A stretch of 64,000 nucleotides of DNA from Oopsacas minuta. Its lineage: Eukaryota; Animalia; Porifera. This document shows, in pieces, positions 49,751-63,789 of the stretch; position 1 is the stretch's first letter, and each line of letters starts with the position of its first letter. The notes under the pieces were generated by a model that was not told where the DNA came from, did no database searches, and was given only the letters and a program-made list of their open reading frames with translations. The stretch spans positions 82,678 through 146,677 of the forward strand of contig JAKMXF010000357.1 in the NCBI GenBank assembly GCA_024704765.1, in the 5' to 3' direction. The position numbers and the translations under genes are program-made.

Positions 49751-50949
49751 TTTACTTGCCACGTGTAACTAGGCTATGCCTCAACTGACAGGGGTAATCA
49801 AGTACGCTGAATCAAAATTTCGAATTTTCAAGTTTCTCATATGGTAATTTGTTGTTGTTTTAATGAATATTATGACAAATTGTTGAAATATTAATTTATT
49901 TTATTCAATTTTGCTGTTTATACTTTGGTAAATTCGAGGCACGAAGTGCCGAGTTCTATACGGACACAGATTGTTCGCAAGCTGCGCAACGCGAGAAAGC
50001 AAACCTGCACGTGTATCTTTAACAATAAAGAGCAAAATTTTTATACACAACTAGAAGTTTGGAAACCCCACTCAAGTAGATTACTGTCGATTTTGGCCGA
50101 AATTGGACAACATGGATTCCAGATGGAATTTACATTGATTTTAGAAGGTATGTATGCATATACAGAGTTGTTTTGGATAAAACCCACCACATTCTTCGCT
50201 GCATCAATTGAAGCGAATTATCCTGATGGCACTGTGTATAATTATTCTATTTGGTAAACATGTGGTTTGCTGCATAATTTCGATAGTCATCAACATTCAC
50301 ATGATGACTTAGAAGTATGTGACACAATAATTCTGTAAAATACATTTGTTTCAACTACCCTTCAACAAGCTTACATATAGAATATACTAGCCAACAGTCC
50401 AGTAATTTAACTTATAGCATACCAATTGTGTTTCAAGATCGTAAAACTATAATTTAACATTGTTGAATCAGTTCTTGTTCTAGTTCGAAATTCCCCTAAT
50501 ATTTGCATCCATCGATTCCCTGAACAAGTAATTTCCTACTATTATATTTCACCCAACATAAGTGGAAATTTAGGCTCTGTCCAGTGATTGATTTCACAAA
50601 GGTTGGTAGGTATGTGGCATTATAGGAGATCAAAATTGTTTCCCTAGGGCATAGACTCTCGTTATGGTGCTTCGCTATACTCGCTAGTCGCTAAGACTCC
50701 CCGGCCTTTCTAGTACGATACATACTGTAAGTGCATAATTCTATCGAGTGACCCCCAATAAACACAATTGTCACCGCGAGCTTGGTAATCACCAGATTAG
50801 ATATGCGATCGTTAATACGAATAATGTATGTAAATTTTATAGATATTGCCGAGATAGTTGAGACATAGCAATATATACTTGTCTACGGATTTCATCAATT
50901 GAGTATGAAATATAATTTCAGTCGTTTTTACTTTTATTTGCTAAAATAT

Positions 50950-52190
50950 GAATGGTGATTATTTATCAGTATAACAGCTTACATTGTCACCTTTATACTG
51001 TAATTTCAACATAACCTTATGAGATCTTGTTGAATTGCATCATCTTGTTATGCTGGAAACTAAGGCCTTCACAACAATGAAATTTTGACAAAATCGAACC
51101 ACAGCCTCATCTAATATATATAAGACCAAAAAGGCCCGAGAACATGCCCTACATCTGTCAATTGAAGTTTGAATAATTCATACTACCTGGATATAAGAAC
51201 TTTGCAAAGTTTCGTTCTGATATTTCACTCGTTAACTGAAATAAAGATTATTCGTGATGAGCTTGTATTTTGCATAGCAGCTGGCATATCGTACTATCAA
51301 CTAGTCCAGAGACAACTGAGCGTATCCTAGAAACAATTCAACATGTATATCCAGTCATTTTCCTCTAACTCTCGAACTTGCAGATGGTTTAGATGGATCT
51401 GGCAGCCACAGAATTTATAACCAGACACAAAGTAATCCGAATATAAGTACAAAATCTTTCATTCTCTTTGTTTTTAAAGCTATATCGATTTCAAACAAAC
51501 ATGGTGATCGCCTTTGGTCAATTCCTTCTGCAAATTCACCTTTCCCAGCAAGGTCAGTAACTCTGATATTTCAGAAAGAAAACTATGACAACGTGAATAC
51601 ATTATGGAAGAAATGCTCAATGCAAAATCTAGCATGCTAGATAGTTTAAGAATAGAATAGCCCCAGGAAAAGTTAATGTTAATATTATAAGTTCAATCTT
51701 TGATGGAAAGATGTCTGGAATCTTAAGTAGAGCTGGAGGGGCATATTGCCAACTCTGCACTGCAACGAAAGTTCAGTTGAAAGCTATAGATCTAGTTAAA
51801 TCTGGTTTCTGCATAAACCAAACAATTTATGATGCCAAACAAATCTTTCTAGATATTAATCAGGAAGAGTATCTTAAATTAAATTCTGATTTGAGGTTTG
51901 GCCTGACACATACACCAGCTTCTGACAAGAATATCTTATCTGCCTCCTCTTCATAGTTATTTGTGTGTCTTTCGCTGGCTTATGTTATTGATATATCATT
52001 TGTATGGCGGAATGAAGAAATGGTTGCCTTCACATCATCAAGTTAAAACTTCAATGCATCGAATGCGTAATCTTTTGTTTGAGACTGGGTTTCAAATAGA
52101 TTATCCATCCAGTGATGGCGGTACCACTACCACTGATAATATAGCAAAAATGTTTTCTTAATGAAATAATTTTATTGCTTTTCACTTGCT
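50950..52190 (+). pseudogene. RAG1-like transposase remnant, copy C (central region), in COPS2 intron 1
   Basis: LADGLDGSGSHRIYNQ, LWS..SANSPFPARSVTLIFQKEN, SIFDGKMSGILSRAGGAYCQLC, RFGLTHTPA, DGGTTTTDNIAKMF. No ends were found. Confidence 0.85.
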
Positions 52191-52779
52191 TGAATAATCA
52201 GACACATTGGGATTCAATATATGATATGATAGAATCTCTACTTGATACTGAAAAAGAAGGACATTTAAAATTGCTTAACTTTGTGTCATCAAACAGCCCA
52301 AGAAATCAGAAATTTTACAATTACAGCATTTATTGGAGATTCTAGACCCAATTTCTTTATTTACTAATGATTTCAACAGACTTTGGGGACTTGTGGTATG
52401 GTATTTCAAACCTTAGATTAGTATACAAACAGTTACGTGATAATGATGAAGATCTGAACTCTGCTCAGTGCCTTTCTCTCATAGTAAGAGAAAGATGTTC
52501 TATCCTCAAAGATGATAACTTCATGAAAACTTGCTAATTACTTGGCTCCATCCTTTTCTATTAAAGCATTAGATAACTTTGACTTTTATGAAAACTTAAG
52601 GGTTGTATGACAATCGTCATTGACCTCGATCAAGGATTCCATCGATTTAAGATGTTCCCCAAGAATCTCCGCAATCCACAAAGAATAGCATGTATCACCA
52701 AGAAAAACAAAACTCTAGGTTACTCTTAGTCCAGTATTATCGGAGAAGTAATATTTACATTCAAATATCTCTCAATATA

Positions 52780-54700
52780 CAGGGTGACAATTAAGTTCTG
52801 TTACAGCTTAAATTTGTTCTAGCCCAATCTATATCCATTCTTTCCGTCCAAGTTTTATATATGATGTACCTCAAATATCGATAATATTTTACATAAAGTA
52901 TCATTCAATATACCCTCCTCTGCTATTTACTACAGCCCCAAGTCTTTCGCGGAATGGAATACCCATTTACGCAAGGTTTCCTGTGAGTAATTTTTCCATT
53001 CTCTAACGAGGTCTCTCTATTGATTCTAAACTTTTATGAGGTTTAGAGCACACCTTATTCTCAAAATTGGCCCAAACAGAATAATCTAGTGGATTGAAAC
53101 CCGGGCTAGACGGGAGCCATTCGTCCTTCGATATATATTCAATATTTTCCCTTCGTACCCAGGATTGGGTGGATTTTGAAGCATGTGCAGGTGCAGAATC
53201 CTTCTGGAATATCCATGGTCAGTTATTGAAGAGGTTTGACCCAGCAGACCTCACTTCATCCTGCATAATCAACTTTTGATAACTTATAGAGTTAATTTTG
53301 GCTCCTTGGGGTCAGGGGCGTAGCCGACCTCACAGTCCCGGGTGGGCAAGATTTTCAAAATTTCCTCAGAATCAGTTTTTCGAGCCAAAAGCAAGCAAAA
53401 CAGCTTGGGTCCTAACCAAAGCATTGGTGCATCACATTACATACTACTCTCCCTAGATCTTAATTAGGCCTATTTTAATTACAATAATAACTGCGACAAC
53501 TACAACAAAAACAGTAATATATAATTTAAAAGCTACATGATGTACTTTTACTATACTATAGAATAGATGAATATAACTTTTTGAATGGATTGATCTTTCA
53601 AAAATTACAGTGGCATGCGTCGAATTTTGATTCTGCTAAATGTGTCTATCACAGAATCAAAATCAATAGAATTAGCAGGGTCTCTTTTCATACTAATTAA
53701 ACCTAGGGAGCTGAGTCTTTCTTCACACATTGTCGACCTCAGATACCATCAGGTTACCGAAAACACTTTATGGTATTTAGGTAAATCAAAAATACTATTG
53801 GCCTAAATGTGAAACAAGCGATGTGCAAAAATTCCCGACTGCTCAGCTATAAGTATTGAAAAATTATCTCAAGGACAATAATTCTTCCAGCGATAAAGGT
53901 AAAAAAAAAGAAGCATGACTAATACTCCGTATACAATACTGCAGTTGCACGAAGTACCTCTGATATCCCAATTTCGAGTAGTGTCTTTTCATCTTTCGAT
54001 ATCCTCAATTTCCTCAATTTCCTCACTATTTTTGCTCGGGTGGGCAAGTGCCCACCCGAGGAGGTGCTGGCTACGCCACTGCTTGGGGGACAAAAGCAAG
54101 GTTGTTCCGCGAGTATGCTGAAAGTGTTTTTGTATCTGATCAATATACCTTATGCTTTCTGGGATCGCCTTGGTAGAGGAAGCGAGGATCCCTTCGTTTT
54201 GGCGGTTAACAGACACTTGAACGGTGAATACTCTCTCGTCAGAGAAGAGCACTCTGTCACAGTCCTCAGGAGCGAGGCGCTGTAACAGCCCATTGTATCT
54301 GTCAAGTCTCTTCTTACAAAGGGCTGGAGTCAGGTGATCTACCTTTCGCCGTATAAGGGACTTTAGTGCAAGGTCGTATGTACCACATTCCTTACTGTTT
54401 CTCTGCTAACTTGGTACTTTTGTGCTAACTTACCCATGGAACGCATTGCATTCCCAGTGATCTGGCTACGAACCATCTCTTTTAGACGTCTCGTTCGTAC
54501 TGAGACCGGCCTACTAGATCTAGGTCTGTCCTTCACATCTCCAGTTCCAGTATATATTTGTATAGTACGATGAATGAATATACGGTTGTTATTCTGACTT
54601 TTGAGGCTCTTCCAAATTTCAATATAACTCTGTCCTTTCAAAAAGTGAGAAAGGCTTTTGGACCTCCTCCTTCCATGTGGTGAACTTTTGTATAGGCTTT
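52780..54700 (-). mobile_element. maT (DD37D) element, degenerate, split by a hAT MITE; 5' end not found
   Basis: 3' TIR CAGGGTGACAATTAAGTTCTG at 52780 after TA. HTH region 54363-54641; LFSDERVFT; FQKDSAPAH-37 aa-PLDYSVW. Confidence 0.88.
53313..54081. mobile_element. hAT-type MITE, 769 bp
   Basis: TIRs CAG(G/T)GGCGTAGCC. TSD CTTGGGGT / CTTGGGGG. Removing it restores FVPQGAKINS in the maT transposase. Confidence 0.9.
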
Positions 54701-55789
54701 CAGGTATCGTATCCTAATAAGTAATAAATATAGAATTTATACACTAACACCGGCGAAGTTGATTGCTATGGTAGCTCAATAAATACTATCGACCTCGTTA
54801 ATTGGAACTAATGCTGGGTACAAGGGATAATTAGAAAAACTTTAGAAATCTTCGAAATTTTCAAAATGATATATTTGTGTCAAATTATAAGCGGGCTTGT
54901 ACCATAAGTGTGAAGCAGACTATTCGACTAGGTTCCCTTCAGCCACAATTTATCTCACTTTCTATCCATCAGATTTAAATGAAATTAGTATCATTGGATA
55001 TAGGGAGTTGAACGTTTTAGGCAATGTTATTTTTGTGCATTTTTACATTTATCGTCATTTGTTTCAATCAGTTAGGTTTTCTACTTCAATAAAATATACC
55101 TCCTATTAGTTAGAATTCAATTCTGAAAATTAGTATATACATTTGTGCCATATGAAGGTTTATGGTAATAAAATTTCTTTAAAATATATTGACAACTCGA
55201 GGAGTTTAGGTAATTCGAATTCTTTTTTAGGTTTGGGACTATAGGGGAATGAATCTGATACTACATAAGTAGGATCAGTTAAACTCATATTCTTACAATA
55301 AATCTAACTGAATCTCAGTTATTTTGATACTAATCGGTAGTTGAGATTGATAACATTACGTATATGTAGCCATAAAATTTCATAAATGTATTTTCGAGGG
55401 AAGCCTAAACAACCAGTACTAGTACACATACAACTCTAAAACTCGTCTATTAAATTTTGAAACCGTTGTTTTAGTATTTAGTTACCATAAATAAATTACT
55501 ATTTTCTTATCCGAATACAGCCGGGAAAATGTGTGATTTTATGACGTCAATACGGTACTGAATCTCGATTTGAGTGTGGGAATTGGTTCAAATGAAGTGG
55601 TAAAATTTATCGTTCCTTTTTGTTACGAATGTAACAATGGCCGTAATCGGTTAAATATAGTACTAAAAATATAGAATAAGATTACTCACAAAGTGCAAAG
55701 GGGTTTGCTATTCGAGAATCTATGTTTTTGATTATTCAAATTATAGAAGTTTGGGTTGCTGTAGTTAGGATTCCTGTTACAGCTAGATA

Positions 55790-55931
55790 CAGTCAAACCT
55801 GCCTAATGGCCACCTAAACCAGTTCCCTCCGATTTCCCATCATAATAACCTCTGTAAAGCGGCCACCTGTACATACTTAACAGCCACCTTTGGCTAGTCA
55901 TTTCAGTGACCATTATAAACAGGTTTTACTG
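55790..55931. mobile_element. Small Tigger-like MITE; a related end lies at about 56230-56458
   Basis: CAGTCAAACCTG...GGCCAC and, read inward from the right end, CAGTAAAACCTG...GGTCAC; TA flanks. Confidence 0.65.
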
Positions 55932-57544
55932 TACTTGCAATGTTATTTCCCCCTATTTCATCTATGGAGAATCCAAAAATGCCCTCAAATTAGATTTGAA
56001 GATATACCTATTTCCGCATATTGCAACATTGTGGCTTATTGACATGATATTCGCGACCCTTACATATATCTCACTCTAAGTATGTTGGTTTTTGCCCCCG
56101 GACTTTCTTGTCTCCTTGCAATTGCTTTTTTATTCATATTACTAATTGATTACTACTAAACTTATTGGTGATTTGTTATTGGGTGTTATTGGTCATGTTT
56201 TTTGCTTTTAGTGATTATTCAAAAGTAGACTTTATGGGAGGCGACCAATCTATATATTGGCCTTTAGATAATGAATTGGCCATTATATAGAGGTTTTGGC
56301 CGTTTCAAACAGGTTTAGAGCCAGTAAGGGACCAAAATGGTGGCTGCTAGCCGCGTTGAGCAGGTGGCGGCTATAAAGAGGTCATTATACTGGAAAATCA
56401 GAGGTCCCTGTTTTTAGGTAGCCGTTATACAGTGGTTACCTTTTAGCAGGTTTCACTCTATTTGTGGTATTTGTGATTATACGTTAAACAATTAATTGAA
56501 ATCCTGATTATCCGTATAGACTTGCAACGTCTAAGCTACATGAGTAATCAACTTGTACCGAATCCGATTTTCGCGTTTTCAAGTTTCTTATGAGTAAATT
56601 TCTTGTTTTTATGAATATATAGTAATTTTGTTTCTAATTAGTATAAACGTAGAAATAATGTTTTTCCTGTTATACTAGGGTAAATTTGTGCTCTGATTCC
56701 GTTTATAATATTGTCAGTAACTATTTGTGAATAGTTGTTCTTTTCAAGCGTATATTTATACACTTTCTAACAGAGCTACCATTAAGTTTATTCCAACCTT
56801 TTACCCTTTATGGCATACTACAAACAATTTTCTCAAAGTATTACTGTATAACTGCGAATAAGGTATCAGGCAATTTTAAATAACTACTAGGTAATGATAG
56901 GTGGGGCTAGAATAATACAATTGATGAAGTCTAGTAGGTGCTAGGAGGGATACATTGGCCCCCATAATGATGAAGTTACATAATTGAAGTCATGATGGGG
57001 TAGCTAAATTAATATTATATGAGTTCAAAGAATTAGATGTACAGGGGGTGATAAAAATACATATTATTAAATAAGCAGAAATTTAGCTGAGTTTCCATGA
57101 CTTTACGAAATTCTAAGATGGTCATGACTCCATGTTTCTTATAGATCGGATAATACTTACTTAATTACAATTATAATGACGTCATGCAAATTTAAGTGAT
57201 AAATTATTTTACGCTTTACTACTAGTTTTCAAACTTTTCAACCAAATAATTTTCCTATTTAGTATTGAGAATCGCAAATTATTGAAAAGGGCTTTGTAAA
57301 GTGATATTTGCAGAGGTCAACAACTAAATATTTGTAATTTTTCAGCCACTTAATCGTTCTTTAGTATTGATAATAGCAAAATATCGTGAGTTTTGGTTTT
57401 TTTGTCGAGTCTTTGAAAGGCTATCTCTAAGTACCTGCTGTAATTAAAGTCTTTGGCTCACATTTTATTTCCTTATCCTCAAACTACACAACATACTAAT
57501 GAACCGACTAATTAATGCATGTTTGTTTGTATTTCTCCTTATAG

Positions 57545-57710
57545 GTTGCTGTCACCAGAAATTATTCTGAGAAGTCAATTAACTCAATATTAGATTATAT
57601 TTCAACTGCAAGTCAACAAGATCTACTTGCTAATTTTTATCAAACTACATTAGATGCTCTTAAGAATGCTAAAAACGATAGATTGTGGTTCAAGACTAAT
57701 CTGAAACTCG
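57545..57710 (+). CDS. COPS2: COP9 signalosome subunit 2, coding exon 2; the gene continues beyond the window
   Basis: Acceptor TTTCTCCTTATAG, then [55 protein letters not shown](G); donor GTTTGT at 57711. Phase 0 matches exon 1. Confidence 0.96.
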
Positions 57711-58582
57711 GTTTGTTTTTTTATGGATCCTTTTTGATATCCTACTTTCTGCCTGCTTAATTCTGCATTTCTCAGCATGGTTCTATAGCGGCACACTTAT
57801 TTCATCTATAATATTCAGCCCGCAGTTCTCAACGCTTTAAGCGTAGATGTCATTTCACATTTGGACCATAACTTAAAATGCTAGAAGTTTATATACAATC
57901 TTTTTAAATTTGCAACACTTCAAGAACTTAACCTCTTGTAAACTTTCTCTAAATTTGAATATACCAAATCACTACCGTTGCGAAATCTACATAATTTTCC
58001 GATCCTTCCTGACATAAAGATACAATTCATTCAATTCTGCAAATCTAGCGATTATTTGTGGATTGGTTATCAATGGTCCCATATTATTATCCTTATGAAT
58101 ATGTCCATGGCCCGAATTTTAAGAGGAACAATTATGTTTGACAAATCAAACATCTAGTACGTACATAGAAAAATTCAGAAGTTCAAATGTCATTTGCATG
58201 GATATTTGCACAATATCATTTTGCTAACTCATCATTTGAAAAATATTTAAATTTGTTTTTATAATTGTAAAAGATAAGTGAGGTTATTTCAGCATGCCAT
58301 ACCAAATTTGGCATTGTTTCAAAGATTGGAAATAAGATTTTACTCTAGAGACACTGTGTCCACTTGTCCCGTCCACAGTTTATCTATTTTATTAAAATCG
58401 CGATCAGTGACGGAACAAGGTATCTGGGCTTAATTGGGCAGAGCGTTTAATTGAAAGTTATCGAAGCAAAGTATATTAATTACATTTGTCACATTATAAT
58501 AATTTTGGATCAGTCGTTGATTGAAAACACCCTTAGCCTGATCACTCTCATAAATATTTAATAGCTATAATTTAGGAGTATA

Positions 58583-59895
58583 CAGGGTGCGTTTTAAGTT
58601 CTGTCCCATCTTTATGTTTTATTGTATTATCTATATTCTAAGCATATCCTTAATACTACTATGTTGATTCTTTTACTATATTGTTTAGCTAGCACCTATA
58701 CCTATTATACAATACACCATTCTCACGTATTAGTATTTTCATTTGATGGAACACGAAAGGTCAGCTATTATTGAGTTAGCTAAAAATGGCAAGACTCAGA
58801 AAGAAATTTTGAAGTTGCTCAATATTCCCGCTAATAGACGTAAGTTTGTCTATCGTACGATTCGGAGGTACAACGAGACTGGGGAAGTTTGTGACAAAGC
58901 AAGAAGTGGTCGTCCCCCTTCAGTAACGACTCCAGCACTCCAAAAGTTGGTGCGGGAACGTATCCGTAGGAACCCACGGCGTTCTATGAGGAAAATGGCT
59001 CAGGAACTCAAAGTATCAGAGTCTTCAGTACGGAAAATTGTGAAAGTGAACTTAGGCATCGTTCATTCAGAAGAAAGAGAGTTCACTTCCTAAGTGAGCA
59101 AGTAAAGGTCAAGAGGCTTCAAAGATGTAAAGGACAATTACGTAGGCACGTAAATCATGATATTAAAAAAATTGTATTCTCCGACGAAAAGATTTTCACC
59201 ATTGAGGAAGCTTTGAACCCTCAAAACGACAGGATTATATCACACAAGTCATCTACTATTGATCCAGATCTGAAGTACGTTCCTCGAGTCCAAAAACCAC
59301 TTTCAGTAATGGTTTGGGCTGGAATATCGGCTGTTGGTCGGACGCCACTAATTTTTGTGCCAGCAGGCGTAAAAATAAACTCGACAACTTATTGTGACTT
59401 AATTTTAGAGCCCATAGTGAAGAACCTTAGCCAAACCATGTTTAATGGTGGGTCATTTGTATTTCAACAAGACGGAGCACCAGCTCACACATCAAATGTT
59501 ACCCAAACCTGGCTTCAGAGCAATATTCCATGTTTTATTGAGAAAGAGCAATGGCCTCCATATAGCCCAGACCTGAACCCAATGGACTATTCGGTATGGT
59601 CCATTCTCGAAAGCAGAGTCTGTGCTAAATCTCACAAGAGTATAGACTCTTTGAAGCGAAAATTGCGAGAAGAGTGGGAGAAAATACCCTAAGATGTACT
59701 CCGTGCTGCAGTTGAGGCCCTACCTGGCAGGATATGAAGTGTCATTCATGACAAGGGAGGTTATATTGAGTAATCAGTGCGATTATGTAATTGTATTGAT
59801 CATAATAAACTGGTATAAAAGTTTAAATAGTAAAAGATCTATTGTAGTAAAGTTATGAGGATTTGACTATGGGACAGAACTTAAAACGCACCCTG
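58583..59895 (+). mobile_element. maT (DD37D) element, 1313 bp, full length
   Basis: Perfect 27-bp TIR CAGGGTGCGTTTTAAGTTCTGTCCCAT with TA TSD. Transposase 58743-59773 has a frameshift near 59056 and stops near the C terminus; FSDEK, QQD-37-D. Confidence 0.96.
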
Positions 59896-60601
59896 TACAT
59901 AGCCTACTATACATAAGGCCTTTTGTGTGAGATTTAACTCATTAGCATTATTGGACCAGGGATAGTCTTTCATCGTGAGATTTTTATTAATCCGTATTAA
60001 ACGACTGAGGTTAGCAGGATATTCCACCAGGGTCAGTTCAATCACCAATTTGTCCTACTTGTACTCCTCAGATTTACCCGAAATTTCTATCATTCGGTAG
60101 AAGAGTGTTGGGTGTTTTATTAATTATAATTTTCTTCAATATTTTTTAACTTTTACCTATCTTTTTTTGTCTGACGAGTAGCATCGCTTCTCTATTAAAA
60201 CGAGAAGCTAAAAGTGAGAATTTGAATCTGAAATTTTGTATCTATATTTCTGGCCAATGGACGTTTATTTAAATTAAATTTCCTCCAAAAATTCTTAAAA
60301 CTCGAGGAAGTAGAAGTCAGAGTTAAATTTGAGGGGGTGAGTATCATTTTACAAAGAGTAGGGTCCGTTCAAATTGATATTTGATATCCCAAATCGAACT
60401 CAAACTATTATATTTTGATAACAATCGATAGCTACGACATGGACGTTTCCAATTATGTCGCTATAATCAGGAAATTCTGAAAGATACAGTCACAATGGGG
60501 TTCTAAAATGGCAAAATTCTCGTGTTTTTATGTATTTTCTAAATTTCAATTTGGACTCAAATTTCAAAGATAATTCATTCCCAGAATCGCCTGAATCTTT
60601 A

Positions 60602-61845
60602 TAGGTAGCTCCAAAGTTCTCATACAAACCATTTTGTTTCTAATATTTTTTTAGTATGACCTACATCATTGATTTTCTATATATAATTATTAATACATTC
60701 TATTGGGAAGAGACTGCCTAGTCATTTATTCAATATAACCACCCTTTTTGGAAATGACAGCCCTGAGTCTGTTCGCGGATCCTTCTACTGCGGCACGCAG
60801 AGTTTCTTGGGTTATCTTATCCCATTCTCGACACAAAGAAATCTTTAGAGAGCTAACTGTGTTGTGTGACACAGAACAAGCCTTGTTTTCCAAGAAAGAC
60901 CATACAGAATGGTCTATTAGATCTAAATCGGGACTGTATGGTGACTATTCATCTTTGTGTATAAAATTGGGAGTATTGTGCTTCATCCAATCTTGAGTCG
61001 TATTGGCCGTATGAACAGGAGCACCAGACAAATGGCTGTACAGAATACATGGTCCGGTTCAGACCTGGGGGTTGAAAATCAGTGGTGTCCGACCAACAGC
61101 AGAGACCCCGGCCCAAACCATCACCGACAGCGGTTTCTTCATCCGACTGATATATCTGAACTTATCAGGGATCGCTGAAACTTAGGTCGAGATGATTTCT
61201 GTGGTTTGAGCTATTTGTAGCCTCTTCTATGGTGAAAATTTTCTCATCTGAGAAAAGGATATTTTCGAGAACCCCAATAGCGTGTAGAGCAAGTAGGCTC
61301 TTGCTCTGGGACACTCTCTTTTCATTCATCTACCCAGATAGGAATTGTAACTTTTTGCGTGTAAAAGAGCGCATTCCTAGGTCCCCTTTCACAACCTTTT
61401 GCATTGCTCGGCGAGATATATGAGCTCCCAAGGGCATTTTCCTCATCGAATGGTGTGGATTCCGCCGAATCCGTTCTGGCACCACTTTCTTGAGAGCTGG
61501 GGTCGTTACAGAGCATGGACGACCAGATCTCGGCTTGTCTACAGTGTCCCCAGTTTCCTTTTATCGATTTATCGTCCTGTAAATTAATGCCCTACGCCCT
61601 TTTGCAATATTCAGCAGTTTCAAAATTTCTGATGGACTTTTCCCCGCCATATGCAACTCAATAATTGCTGAATTCTCAGATTCCATGGTTAATCACAATT
61701 TTTCGAAATTGTATACACTAAATTGAAATAATATTCGTTAGGAAGCATGTAAGGTATGTTGCGGAAGAGCAAACCATCGAGAATACTTCCTGATAAAGGT
61801 TGTATATTTATTGTGATTTTGTATCAGAACTCTGGAGTCACCCTG
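60602..61845 (-). mobile_element. maT element, older and degenerate
   Basis: 5' TIR CAGGGTGACTCCAGAGTTCTGATACAAA at 61845; degenerate partner at 60602. Coding remnants DKPRSGRPCSVTTP, LFSDEKIFTIEE, KPLSVMVWAG, KKGGYIE*. Confidence 0.88.
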
Positions 61846-63789
61846 TACAGGCTCCTTCTTTCTATTATATCATTCAATTTCCTTTAATCAAAAACAGGCG
61901 TCGCTAGTACATTTTTAATGAATATTCAAAAAGTGTTAATTGGTCAAAAATATTTTTTTACTACCTATGTCATACATTACTTAGATTGCCTAGTATGTTA
62001 CTACGCTATCTCATAAGATTAATGAGCATGACTGTTATTTACCCATAAATCAACACATGTTATGACTCTTCTCTTGGTTCCCATTCTATTGTTGCTACAA
62101 CAAACGAATAATGGAACCGCAAAATGTCCTCCTATTTTTGATATGTCTAATATTCTCAAGTCCAATCTTCATACTACGTAGGTATTATAATAAAATTATG
62201 ACGAGACAATGCGAGTGTGATGTTAGCGCTGTATTCAAAACCGGTAACTTCAGCCACTCTAAATCTATATTTGGATAAAATGCCAACTTATTCTAACTCT
62301 TTCCTCTTTCGTCTCAGTTTAGTCATAACAGTTATCACAATTGTTGTGAATAATACTTCTTTCAATAAATCCCTTGTTAAATATTGATTTAATTAATAAC
62401 ACACACATTTGAAGAAATTTACATAATCAATCAATATACGTAATAGTTGAGAATACATTTGAATGTTTTAAGTTAGGTAATCTGAATTATATGAACCGAT
62501 GTATATGAAGCAATTGAATGTAAGAAGTATAAAAACTATGGTTTTTCATCGAGGTCCTTATAAAGTACAGCCTTGGTTCATGTATTTAGCAACAATTTTG
62601 CTTCTCTCAAAACGATAGTAATCTTGAGCTGATTAGGCCAGTTAATAAGTTGATAGATCCGATCATACTCAATTTAGCCTAGGCCAATATGAGTATTCAC
62701 TTAGCTGAAACTTATCGCGTACTCATTTTGACCGTGACATATATACTCTCGATTAGTACTACTGATAATATTTCCTAGAAAACTAAAGCCAAATGGGAAC
62801 ATTGTTACAGATTAGGATCTAAATATGAAAATTTACAGTATTTGGAATATAATTGTAACCATTACTTGAAATACAAAATTTGGATCACTTTAATCTTATC
62901 TATCCTTAAATTCGGTTCATAATGGACCCCCTTATGATTCAAATTTATTGACCCAGCAATAATTACAGGAGGTGATTGGATTGCGTCCATTAAACTCGCA
63001 CCTATACCAGAGAATATCTCCCTTTATGTCCCATTTCATTACTACAAGGGTACAGTTTCGTGGGTAGATTTGTAGTTGCTTTTGCACCCAGGAGCGAAGC
63101 AGCAATTAGGCTTAATTGATAGCAGCTATCAACACTCAACAGTGGGAAAATGCTAAACTAAGCTGAGAAAGTTGGTAAATTCATTTAATACGGATAATAC
63201 AAGCATAAATACAAGAAAAAAGATCAAGAGTGATAGAATTCGAACACCAACTGAGTATATGAATATCTATAGGACACCGGAATATTTTTCTTTAATTTAT
63301 TTGTATATTCAAATGAATTTTCAATTGTTTTGGTTACATAATTAACGAAATATTAACCTTGTCATTAACAAATTCAGCCTGGAATTGCATCCATGGTCCC
63401 AATTTCTCTTAATAATTTGTAGTATTATGTTTGGTAGACTAGGTTTGACCATATTTGGCAATGAACGAAGAAATCACCATTTTCACAATAGATCGGGGAA
63501 TCTATCCCTGGTCCATATTTCAATGGTTCCTGTGAGGCCTTCTGTATCGTAAGCTATGAAATATAGTAATTTGTTTAGGACAGAATAAATATTTATTTTT
63601 GTTTTTCAGAGACAACATAACTAACACTTCATGTATATTTATCTGTTGTTTTTATGAATATGAGGTATACGAGTAGTTTTGCAATTTTATACTTTGCTGA
63701 ATTCTCGACATGTAGTGCCGAGTCCCATGCGAGCACAAAGTGTGCGAGCAAGCAAAGCGGCTCGTAATTTTATATTACTTCAATACTTA

